From assembly GCA_964385625.1 (NCBI GenBank), contig CAYLPS010000004.1, positions 6,407-70,406 of the forward strand: DNA of 64,000 bases. Direction: 5' to 3'. Shown here one piece after another: positions 18,545 through 26,738 of this stretch. This DNA comes from an uncultured Anaerolineaceae bacterium. Its GTDB lineage: Bacteria; Chloroflexota; Anaerolineae; Anaerolineales; UBA4823. Within the stretch, counting starts at the first letter, position 1, and each line of letters starts with the position of its first letter. The notes beneath the pieces are model-generated. The model ran no database searches. It was not told the DNA's origin and saw only the letters and a program-made list of their open reading frames with translations. The position numbers were made by a program, and so were the translations under genes.

Positions 18545-20254
18545 ATGCTAACGGACCCCAAACTTCGCAGCCAGGTTGATTCTCTGTGGGACAAGTTCTG
18601 GTCAGGCGGCCTGACGAACCCCCTCGACGCCATCGAGCAGTTTTCTTACCTGCTTTTTCTCAAACGCATGGACGACGCCGAAAGCAGGCGCGAGAAACTG
18701 GCCAAGAAGCTGGGGCAAGCTTACACTCCTGGCCTGGCGCCAGATCTGCGTTGGGGCTATTGGACAAACCTGAAGGCTGATGAAGCGCTGCGCCACCTGA
18801 AAGAAGTGATCTTCCCCGATCTGCGCAAGCTGGGTGCAGCCGGCAGCTCGTTTGAGCGTTACATGGCCAACGCTGAATGCAAGATCAGCAAACCATCCTT
18901 GCTCATCGAAGCCTGTAAGCTGATTGACCAGATGGAAATCAGCCAGCAGAACCAGGATGTGCAGGGCGATCTATATGAATACCTGCTCAGCAAGCTCAAC
19001 ACTGCCGGCCGCAACGGCCAGTTCCGCACGCCGCGCCATATCATCCGCATGATGGTGCAGATGTTGGCGCCGCAGCCGATGGAGCGCATCGGCGACCTGG
19101 CCGGCGGCACCTGCGGTTTTCCGGTCAATGCGCACCAGTATATTTTGGAGACTCACACCTCGCCTGAGATTTTGGAATATGACGAGGCTGGCCTGCCGCA
19201 CAACTTGATTGGCGATTTGCTCAAGCCGGAAGAACGCACTTTCATGGCTTCCGCCAGGTACTTGCGCGCCTTCGATAATGACGCCGGCATGACCATGCTG
19301 CGGATCGGCTCCATGAACTTGATCTTGCATGGGATCGAATCGCCGCAGTTTTTTTACATGGACACGCTCTCCAAAGCCTTCATCGACGAGCGCGAGTACG
19401 ATGTGATCCTGATGAATCCGCCTTTCAAGGGAGCGGTGGACAAAGGCGATGTCAACCCCAGCCTGCCCGGCGACACGACCAAGACTGAGCTGCTCTTCCT
19501 GCACCTGATCCTGCGCGCCCTGGACATGGGTGGGCGCTGTGCGGTGATTGTGCCGGACGGGGTGTTGTTTGGCTCCAGCAAGGCGCATGTGGCGCTGCGT
19601 AAAAAGATCATTGAGGAAAACCGCCTGGACGGGGTCGTTTCCATGCCTCCGGGCGTGTTCAGGCCCTATGCCGGGGTTTCAACGGCCATTCTGTTCTTCA
19701 CCCGCGGCGCCAAAACTGAGCGTATCTGGTTCTATGACATGGCGCATGATGGGTTTTCGCTGGACGACAAGCGCCTGCCTGTGGGGGAGAACGATATTCC
19801 AGATGTACTGCTGTGCTGGCAGAAGCGCGGCGACAATGCCTTCCAGCAAGCCCGTCAGCAGCGATTGGACGAACTCAAAGCCCAGGTTGCGCCGCTGAAG
19901 GTCGAGCAATTGAGTCTGCACGCTGAGATCAACCGCCTGACCTTCGAACAGGCCATTGCCCCAGAGGGAGATAGCCCGTTGACGGCTGAACTGGCCGCAG
20001 CACAAGCCCGTCTTGTCGACCTTGATGCCCACATTGCCCCCTTGCAGGCCGAAATGGATCAACTCTCGCGCCAGTTCTGGGTTAACAAAGCTCAGGTCAA
20101 GGCCAACAAGTATGATTTGTCCACCAGCCGCTATCGTCAATTTGAGATAGACGAAACATATTATGAGAAACCACAGATCACTCTAAAGCGTATGAGAAAA
20201 CTGGAGGAAATTTGTTTGGACACTCTGGATGAACTTCAGGATTACAGCAGATGA
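18545..20254 (+). CDS. hsdM: Type I R-M N6-adenine DNA methyltransferase subunit
   Basis: HsdM N-terminal domain, AdoMet motif DLAGGTCGF, catalytic NPPF (LMNPPFKG), and a C-terminal coiled coil. Confidence 0.9.
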   Translation: MLTDPKLRSQVDSLWDKFWSGGLTNPLDAIEQFSYLLFLKRMDDAESRREKLAKKLGQAYTPGLAPDLRWGYWTNLKADEALRHLKEVIFPDLRKLGAAGSSFERYMANAECKISKPSLLIEACKLIDQMEISQQNQDVQGDLYEYLLSKLNTAGRNGQFRTPRHIIRMMVQMLAPQPMERIGDLAGGTCGFPVNAHQYILETHTSPEILEYDEAGLPHNLIGDLLKPEERTFMASARYLRAFDNDAGMTMLRIGSMNLILHGIESPQFFYMDTLSKAFIDEREYDVILMNPPFKGAVDKGDVNPSLPGDTTKTELLFLHLILRALDMGGRCAVIVPDGVLFGSSKAHVALRKKIIEENRLDGVVSMPPGVFRPYAGVSTAILFFTRGAKTERIWFYDMAHDGFSLDDKRLPVGENDIPDVLLCWQKRGDNAFQQARQQRLDELKAQVAPLKVEQLSLHAEINRLTFEQAIAPEGDSPLTAELAAAQARLVDLDAHIAPLQAEMDQLSRQFWVNKAQVKANKYDLSTSRYRQFEIDETYYEKPQITLKRMRKLEEICLDTLDELQDYSR

Positions 20255-20784
20255 AAGAGGTCTCTCTTTCTGATGTCAGCCGAATTAACCCACCCAAGCG
20301 GGCTGGCTTATCACGTGATCTGTTGTGTTCATTCGTGCCCATGGAATATGTAGACGATATTTCAGGCACCATCACCCAGACATCAGTTCGTTCAGTTGGA
20401 GAAGTTGAAAAAGGATATACACCGTTTCTAAATGGCGATGTAATTTTTGCAAAAATTACACCTTGCATGGAAAATGGCAAATGTGCCATAGCCCAAGGAA
20501 TGATGAACGGCGTTGGTTTTGGCTCGACAGAATTTCATGTTCTGCGCGCAGAACATGATGTTCTGCCAGAGTGGATTTATTACTTCTTGCGCCAGGAAAA
20601 AATCAGACAACAAGCAGCGCGCTGGTTTCGTGGTACCGCTGGTCAGCAACGTGTTCCAAGCGACTTTCTCGATCAATTGAAGCTCCCCCTCCCAACTATT
20701 CCAGAACAGCGCCGCCTCGCCGCCATCCTGGCCAAAGCCGACCGCCTGCGCAGCCTGCGCCGTTACGCCAATGCGCTGGGATAG
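20251..20784 (+). CDS. hsdS: Type I R-M specificity subunit, proximal half (TRD1 + part of central conserved region), ends at in-frame TAG
   Basis: ATGA overlap with hsdM. TRD-like region followed by LPLPTIPEQRRLAAILAKADRLRSL. TAG at 20782-20784. Confidence 0.85.
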   Translation: MKEVSLSDVSRINPPKRAGLSRDLLCSFVPMEYVDDISGTITQTSVRSVGEVEKGYTPFLNGDVIFAKITPCMENGKCAIAQGMMNGVGFGSTEFHVLRAEHDVLPEWIYYFLRQEKIRQQAARWFRGTAGQQRVPSDFLDQLKLPLPTIPEQRRLAAILAKADRLRSLRRYANALG

Positions 20785-20805
20785 ACCTACCTGCAGTCTG
20801 TATTT

Positions 20806-21429
20806 ATGGAAATGTTTGGGAATGTTGCTATAAATCAAACGAAATGGGAAGTGGAGGCTTTGGTAAATTTATGCACCAATGTTACTGATGGAACACACGA
20901 TACACCAGAACGGGTGCCAGTAGGGGTGCCTTTTATCACATCAAAGAATATTCGACCTTATGAAATTGATTTAACAAATCTAGAATTTGTATCGATGGAA
21001 ACACATCAAGAAATCATAAAAAGGTGCAATCCTAAATCAGGTGATATTCTGTATACAAATATTGGTGTGAACGTGGGTAATGCTGTTGCAAATCGACTAG
21101 GTTTTTCCTTTAGCTTAAAAAACGTTGCCCTCTTCCAATTGAACACCGCAAAGCTAGACCCATACTATATGGAATCCCTTTTGAATAACCCCGGCTTCAA
21201 AGAAAGTAGGTTACAATTTTCTTCGGTTGGTGGGGCTCAAAAATTTATGTCGTTGGATGTATTACGAGAAATGCCAATACCTATCCCGCCACTTGATTTA
21301 CAAGAGCGCTTCGCTACTGTGGTGCAGTGTTACGAGCGCCTGCATTCCCAGCAGCGTGAGGCCAGTCGTCAGGCAGAGTTGCTGTTCCAGGGCCTGCTTG
21401 CCGATGCATTCAATATGTGTCAATATTAA
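20806..21429 (+). CDS. hsdS: Type I R-M specificity subunit, distal half (TRD2 + C-terminal conserved region)
   Basis: Same reading frame as 20251-20784. Begins inside the central conserved FxEMFG motif and ends PIPPLDLQERF...LLFQGLLADAF. AT-rich. Confidence 0.8.
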   Translation: MEMFGNVAINQTKWEVEALVNLCTNVTDGTHDTPERVPVGVPFITSKNIRPYEIDLTNLEFVSMETHQEIIKRCNPKSGDILYTNIGVNVGNAVANRLGFSFSLKNVALFQLNTAKLDPYYMESLLNNPGFKESRLQFSSVGGAQKFMSLDVLREMPIPIPPLDLQERFATVVQCYERLHSQQREASRQAELLFQGLLADAFNMCQY

Positions 21430-21435
21430 CCACCT

Positions 21436-21915
21436 ATGAATGAGAAAACCTTTCATTTAGCCATACGCTTCTCCGATAATTTATTTTCTATTGGGGATGT
21501 GGTGGTTAAACACAATGAAGTATTTTACCAAAAAGGATACGTGTGGTTTGGGAAGATGGGTCAAACGATCTCTCAAACCAGAATGGATTTATTGAATCGC
21601 CAAATTGCACAGAGTATTCCCACATTCGTTTACCTAGTAAAAGGCAATCGAAAAAAATCCACCTTCTATCGCGCGGACCTTATCGCCATTACCAAAGAAC
21701 TACCTATAGGCGAAGAAGTTGCAATTCCCAGTTATTACCAAAATAATAATCTTCTTCAATACATGAAAACATGGGTCAGAATTTCGGAAATTGTTGCAAT
21801 AGAAATATCAGTAATTTCACATTTGCAGGCAATTGGTTCAGTATTTCCACTTCAAGAAACCCTTATTAGAAGCTCGTCCGGATATTTTCTGGTTCGCGAG
21901 GCAAAAAATATTTAA
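21436..21915 (+). CDS. Hypothetical protein (159 aa)
   Basis: Starts 7 nt after the hsdS stop. AT-rich and beta-rich-looking sequence; no family recognised. Confidence 0.5.
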   Translation: MNEKTFHLAIRFSDNLFSIGDVVVKHNEVFYQKGYVWFGKMGQTISQTRMDLLNRQIAQSIPTFVYLVKGNRKKSTFYRADLIAITKELPIGEEVAIPSYYQNNNLLQYMKTWVRISEIVAIEISVISHLQAIGSVFPLQETLIRSSSGYFLVREAKNI

Positions 21916-21944
21916 CATTGAGAGCCTCGTTACCGCGAAGCGAA

Positions 21945-22064
21945 TTTCCATGGAGTACCATTCCTTTGTTGGAAGAAAACTTCCCAATGATGGCATCCCA
22001 GGTGCTACAGGCTAAAAAGCTAGTCCAAGGCCTCCTCAGCTCGGCATTTACGGGGGACATGTGA
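21945..22064 (+). pseudogene. Possible relic of an HsdS C-terminal conserved region
   Basis: Translates to FPWSTIPLLEENFPMMASQVLQAKKLVQGLLSSAFTGDM*, which parallels the genuine HsdS end (PIPPLDLQERF...LLFQGLLADAF). By-eye similarity only. Confidence 0.3.
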
Positions 22065-22744
22065 TTGCGTTTAAATACGGGCAGGTTGCCGAAAGTCAGG
22101 CCATCAACGCGTTCATTTACCTCTGTTTTGAGGAATTCGAAGAAAGCGCACAGCAAAAATTCGTCAAACTGTTTCGCCAACAGCCGTATGACCAGGCGCA
22201 GGTTATGCACACCTTTCGCGAATTGATCCTGGGCGCTTACTTGCATCGCGCTGGTTTTCGGGTGCTCTACGCGCAACATTTACAAGGCAAAACCCCGGAT
22301 TGGGTGATCGTAAACGAGCAATTGATTCCTCTGGCAATTGTAGAGTTGGTGAATTTTCATATTGATCGCCAGACGGAAATGGCCCTTCAAAAACAAAGCC
22401 AGACCAGGCCGGCAGTGGTGGGTTATTGGCGCGATGGGAATGTGGATAATATAGAGCGCCTGAGGTATCGCCTGCAAGAGAAGGCTCAGGTTTACCAGGA
22501 TTTAGTGACCAAGCTGGCCTATGTCATTGCAGTGTTTGGTGAGTTTGAGGCGGCATTAGATGTGGATGATATCGTGGCTTGTCTGAACGGAGAACGGGAG
22601 GGGCTGTTTGATCAATATCCGCATGTCAGTGGAGTGTTATTTTTCGACGAAAACGGCGGCAAGTACCGCTTTCAATATTTTGAGAACCCCGCCAATCCAC
22701 GAAAACTGGAAATACCTGCAGGAATATTTTCAAGAGGCTCTTGA
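22061..22744 (+). CDS. Hypothetical protein (227 aa, GTG start)
   Basis: ORF in the co-directional array. KTPDWVIV...(13 aa)...AIVELVN is reminiscent of a PD-(D/E)xK core but lacks the Lys. No family recognised. Confidence 0.5.
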   Translation: MIAFKYGQVAESQAINAFIYLCFEEFEESAQQKFVKLFRQQPYDQAQVMHTFRELILGAYLHRAGFRVLYAQHLQGKTPDWVIVNEQLIPLAIVELVNFHIDRQTEMALQKQSQTRPAVVGYWRDGNVDNIERLRYRLQEKAQVYQDLVTKLAYVIAVFGEFEAALDVDDIVACLNGEREGLFDQYPHVSGVLFFDENGGKYRFQYFENPANPRKLEIPAGIFSRGS

Positions 22745-22757
22745 TGCAAAGGAATGA

Positions 22758-23717
22758 ATGATGAGTCCAGAAGAACAAATCTCTTTTACTTTGATGGAAA
22801 ATGGCCTGGATTTTATCCTGCGATCGTTGGAGTATCTAACCGACGACCCAGACACTCGCTCTTTAAAATACGCTGTTCTCCATTTGCATTCTGGAATTGA
22901 GCTGATCCTAAAAGAGCGCTTGCGCAGGGAACACTGGGCGTTGGTCTTCGAGAAACCTGATGAAGCCAATATGGCCAAATACGAGGCGGGTGATTTCGTC
23001 AGTGTTCAATGGAAGACCTGCCTGAGCAGACTTCAAGGCATCTGCAAAGTTGATATACCAGAGGATCAGCGCAAATTATTAGAGGAACTCAAGAAAAAGC
23101 GAAACCGCCTTGAACATTTTGGTATTGTGGATACTGTTTTAGCGGTCAAAGGCTCGACAGTCCCGGTACTCGCGTTTGCATTAGATTTCATCAACGATGA
23201 AATTGGCATAGATCAGCTCTCGGAATCGGAGGTGGCTCTCTTGCAACAAATACGGAGAGCTTTGGGGAATTTCCAGGATTTCGTCTCGGAACGAACCAGA
23301 TCTATAGCAGCGCAATTGGACCCTTACGGCAAGAGCATTGTCACCTGCCCGCGCTGCATGCAGGATGCAATGGTTATTGATGATGGCGCTCTATGCTACT
23401 TTTGTGGTCACCGGCATGATGATATGGAAGCCGCTATTCAAGAATTTGTTCATGATGTGCTAGAAATTGATTGGCATACCGTCGCGCGGGGAGGGGAATG
23501 GCCAGTCTACACATGCCCAGGTTGTGGAATAGATACTCTGGTTGACTTGAAAGAAGCCGAACAAGAGGATAAGCCACGTTTCATTTGCTTTTATTGTGGT
23601 AATCACTGGGACTGGGGGCACTTAATCTTCTGCTCGAATTGCGGTCAGCCTTATGAGCCAAACGGGATGGCAGCTTGCGACGATTGTTTTGAATGGAGTT
23701 TGCGTCGAAACGATTGA
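22758..23717 (+). CDS. HEPN-like domain protein fused to three CxxC...CxxC zinc ribbons (319 aa)
   Basis: The helical N-terminal ~130 aa ends with R115-N-R-L-E-H120 (Rx4H with RN, nt 23100-23117). C-terminal half carries CPRC..CYFC, CPGC..CFYC and CSNC..CDDC. Confidence 0.6.
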   Translation: MMSPEEQISFTLMENGLDFILRSLEYLTDDPDTRSLKYAVLHLHSGIELILKERLRREHWALVFEKPDEANMAKYEAGDFVSVQWKTCLSRLQGICKVDIPEDQRKLLEELKKKRNRLEHFGIVDTVLAVKGSTVPVLAFALDFINDEIGIDQLSESEVALLQQIRRALGNFQDFVSERTRSIAAQLDPYGKSIVTCPRCMQDAMVIDDGALCYFCGHRHDDMEAAIQEFVHDVLEIDWHTVARGGEWPVYTCPGCGIDTLVDLKEAEQEDKPRFICFYCGNHWDWGHLIFCSNCGQPYEPNGMAACDDCFEWSLRRND

Positions 23718-24271
23718 TGAGCGCTTTAGATTCCTTACTCCACCAAGCCCTTCGCTCCACCTGGTCGAAAGCTCCCGGCGAGAAAGCACGCCGTTACATC
23801 GGCAAGTTCTATGCCCTGGAGCGGATCGGGGATCGGATCACCGGTAAGGTAGAAGGCAATCATGGCACCTATACTGTCTCAATCCGAGTAGATGATGGGC
23901 ATGTGTCATCCACCTGCGGATGCTATATTGGCAAGCATGGCTACTGTCACCACTGTGAAGCCCTGGCGCACACCTTTTTCCAAACTCCCGAAGCCTTTGT
24001 TGAAGTGATTTCAAAAGATAAGGCTGAACTCTCTGCATTGGGCGATCTGCCCGACTATATCAAGACCGCCACGTTGGAATCCCTGCTGGCTGAGTTGAAG
24101 GCCAAGGGCATCACCCAGAAAGCCTTTGCGGAAAGCATTGGCATGAACCCCCGTCATTTGACCGCCGTCAAATCCAGCGAGCTGCGCAACCATTACTTCA
24201 ACGAATTAGGGGCCCTCAAGCTGGCTTGCCTGTGGATGTTGGACCACATCAGCAATGAAAAAGACGCATAG
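23717..24271 (+). CDS. SWIM zinc-finger protein with C-terminal XRE-type HTH (184 aa from ATG 23717)
   Basis: CGCYIGKHGYCHH = CxCx7CxH SWIM motif. C-terminal GITQKAFAESIGMNPRHLTAVKS is an HTH. TGATG stop/start overlap with the upstream HEPN-like gene. Confidence 0.65.
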   Translation: MSALDSLLHQALRSTWSKAPGEKARRYIGKFYALERIGDRITGKVEGNHGTYTVSIRVDDGHVSSTCGCYIGKHGYCHHCEALAHTFFQTPEAFVEVISKDKAELSALGDLPDYIKTATLESLLAELKAKGITQKAFAESIGMNPRHLTAVKSSELRNHYFNELGALKLACLWMLDHISNEKDA

Positions 24272-24276
24272 CTCGC

Positions 24277-25770
24277 TCAGAGCGTATCCAACACCGTCCT
24301 GATTACATACTGTTTATCCCCAATCCGGTCAAAGAAGCACTCCTCAAGCGTGTTCGTGGCGATCAGGTAATGAGCCTGCGCCGGCTGCGCCAACAAGCCC
24401 TCGGCGCGCTGCTGGTCGGCGGGCGTGAAGCCCAGCTCCACAAACAACGCCTGGCGGGCCGGTGCGAGGTTCCAGCCACGGCTGTCGGCGCGGATGCTGA
24501 TGACGATGAGACGGCACGCCGAGTCGTTGGTAAAGCGCTCAATGGCTTTTGCCCGTTTGCGTTTTGTCGTTTCGCCGGTGATCCAGGGGGCCTGGAACGC
24601 GCCGGCAATGTCACCCACGATCTCGCGGTGATAGGCAAAAATCACCAGCTTGTCCGGTTTGTTTTTCAGAAACGCCCGGACCCAGGCGAGCGCGGCATCG
24701 AACTTGCCCCAGGCTAATTCCAGGCGCGGTGCGGTGTGCCAGCCCACCCAGTCGTCATCCTTCGAAGCCGCCACTTCCGTGGAGTTGTAATCCTCCCGGT
24801 TGTCAATGCGCACACGATGGTATTGGCGGGGCATCGTCTCCGGGTCCAGCCTGGGCCGGCGCAGCAGGCAGCGGGTGCGCAACAGCCGGCCAAGCTCGTC
24901 CAGGCGGGCGGCGCCGTTTTCTTGCCCCAGGCAGTAGCGCTGGAAGAAACCGGCGCGACCGCCGAATTTATCCAACCGCCCCATCACATTCAATTGGCTG
25001 ATCAGCTCCGCCGGGCCGTTGAGGATTGGGGTGGGCGTGAGCAGCAGCCGGTAGTGGATGCCCTGTGCCAGGGCCAGGGAGCGCCTGGTGCGCTGGGCAT
25101 CCCAACTCTTCACGTAATGCGCCTCGTCCAGGATCAGGCCATAAGGGCGGCGGTTCAAATGTTGGATCACGGCGCCAGCGGCATCCAGCGTTTCGTAGTT
25201 GACCAGCACCAGGTCGGCCGCCGCGTCCACGGCGGCGTCTTTGCAAGTGGGCAGCTTTTTACCGGGCAGGTATCGTTCGATGGCGCGATGCCAGGCCTGG
25301 CTGCGGTTCGCCGGGCAGACGATCCAGGCCGGAAAAGCATTGGCGGCTTGCACAGCGCCCAGGGCGATGGCCATCCGATCTTGCTCATCGTCATCGGCGA
25401 TAAAACAGCGCATGGCCTTGAGGGTATACTGCACGCCGGCAACTTGAAAAGGCGTCAGGCCTGGCAATGGTGACTTGAAGAGTGATTCGGGTTCCAGGGC
25501 GTGGCTGGCATCGTAACGGCTGCTTTCGAAACGTGCCATCAGCTCTTCTGCCGGCAGCTTGAAAGCAGGGTGCACGGCCATGCGATATTGATTGGCCAGC
25601 GACAGCACCGATTGAATAACACCGGGTGAAGGCCAGGCCAGCCAGCCGCGCTGCTGGTAAAAGTCAAAATGCGCGCTCGGGATACGCCGGACTGCGTTTC
25701 TGATAGCGTCATTCTTGGGGAAATCAATCACGATCTCCCCCGCTTGATCAAGATAAACTCTTCCAGGCAT
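24277..25770 (-). CDS. SNF2-family helicase-like protein with degenerate motif I
   Basis: Q-motif-like LTPFQVAGVQY, motif II LILDEAHYVK, and a helicase C-terminal domain. The GLGKT position reads DDDEQDRM. Confidence 0.75.
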   Translation of the reverse strand: MPGRVYLDQAGEIVIDFPKNDAIRNAVRRIPSAHFDFYQQRGWLAWPSPGVIQSVLSLANQYRMAVHPAFKLPAEELMARFESSRYDASHALEPESLFKSPLPGLTPFQVAGVQYTLKAMRCFIADDDEQDRMAIALGAVQAANAFPAWIVCPANRSQAWHRAIERYLPGKKLPTCKDAAVDAAADLVLVNYETLDAAGAVIQHLNRRPYGLILDEAHYVKSWDAQRTRRSLALAQGIHYRLLLTPTPILNGPAELISQLNVMGRLDKFGGRAGFFQRYCLGQENGAARLDELGRLLRTRCLLRRPRLDPETMPRQYHRVRIDNREDYNSTEVAASKDDDWVGWHTAPRLELAWGKFDAALAWVRAFLKNKPDKLVIFAYHREIVGDIAGAFQAPWITGETTKRKRAKAIERFTNDSACRLIVISIRADSRGWNLAPARQALFVELGFTPADQQRAEGLLAQPAQAHYLIATNTLEECFFDRIGDKQYVIRTVLDTL

Positions 25771-25772
25771 GC

Positions 25773-26714
25773 TTAATCCTCTAACTTGGCTACGGCTTCT
25801 TCCAGATCGCGCTCGCCAGGCGTGGTATAGATCCGGGTGGTGTTCAGACTGTTATGGCCGAGCAGCGCGGCGACTTTTTCAAGCGTTACGCCCTCATCCA
25901 GCAACGCCTTGGCAAAACTGTGCCTGAGCGTGTGGGGCGATACGTTTTGTAAGCCAGCGGCGGTCGCGGCGCGTTCCACAGCCCGCTGCACCGAGCGCAC
26001 ACCCACCCGCTCTCCCCGCTGGCCAATGAACAAAGCCTCGCCAGATCCTTCAGGCCGCACCGCCAACCACTCGTTCAGAAGCTGGCGCGCCGGGCCGTTC
26101 AAGGGAATAGAACGCTGTTTTTGACCCTTGCCGGAGCGCACCACCAGGCTGCCCTTGCGCTCGCCGATCTGCACATCGTTCAGTTGCAGGGCGCACAGCT
26201 CGCCAACACGCAAGCCGGTGTTCAGCAGCGTTAGCGCCATCGCGGCGTCCCGCAGGCGCATCACCCACAAGCGTGGGTAGCGCTGCCTGGCCAGGCGCAG
26301 ATCGTTTTCAACGGCCCGCACCAGCGCCGCCCGCTGGCGTTTGTCCAGCCATTTCGGGGCCAGGGGCACGCTTTCCACGTTGCGGATATTGAGCGCCGGG
26401 TTTTGGGTCAGCTTGCCGGTTTGGACTGCCCAGTGCCCGTAAGCGACCAACGCCGCCAGCTTGCGATTGATGGTGTGCGGCCGAGCGCCGGCTTCGCTCA
26501 GAGATTGACGATAGGCGCGCAGTTCACTCGCCGACCAGTCAAGCAGGCGAAACGGCTCGCCTTTGGCGTGGGCTGACCAGGCGGCATAGATACGGATGTC
26601 GCTGATATAACCACGGATAGTGACCGGAGAGCGATCTTGCTCGGTGAGGTACCCGGCAAAAGCCTGCAAGTCCAGGCCATCGTCATATTCGGTTAAGTGT
26701 GATGTAGTTGTCAT
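25773..26714 (-). CDS. Tyrosine recombinase (XerC/XerD-like)
   Basis: N-terminal SAM-like domain. Catalytic region has ARxxxxxLxxxGLRVGE, HTLRHSFA, LLGHNSLNTTRIYT. Confidence 0.9.
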   Translation of the reverse strand: MTTTSHLTEYDDGLDLQAFAGYLTEQDRSPVTIRGYISDIRIYAAWSAHAKGEPFRLLDWSASELRAYRQSLSEAGARPHTINRKLAALVAYGHWAVQTGKLTQNPALNIRNVESVPLAPKWLDKRQRAALVRAVENDLRLARQRYPRLWVMRLRDAAMALTLLNTGLRVGELCALQLNDVQIGERKGSLVVRSGKGQKQRSIPLNGPARQLLNEWLAVRPEGSGEALFIGQRGERVGVRSVQRAVERAATAAGLQNVSPHTLRHSFAKALLDEGVTLEKVAALLGHNSLNTTRIYTTPGERDLEEAVAKLED

Positions 26715-26738
26715 GGCGAGAATTCCTTTCGATGGGTT

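Noticed and set aside
24736-25473. 245-aa ORF on the + strand (and other + strand ORFs 24370-25447)
   Set aside because: It is antisense to the SNF2-like gene. It has Gly/Ala/Arg/Gln-rich low-information sequence and no start context.
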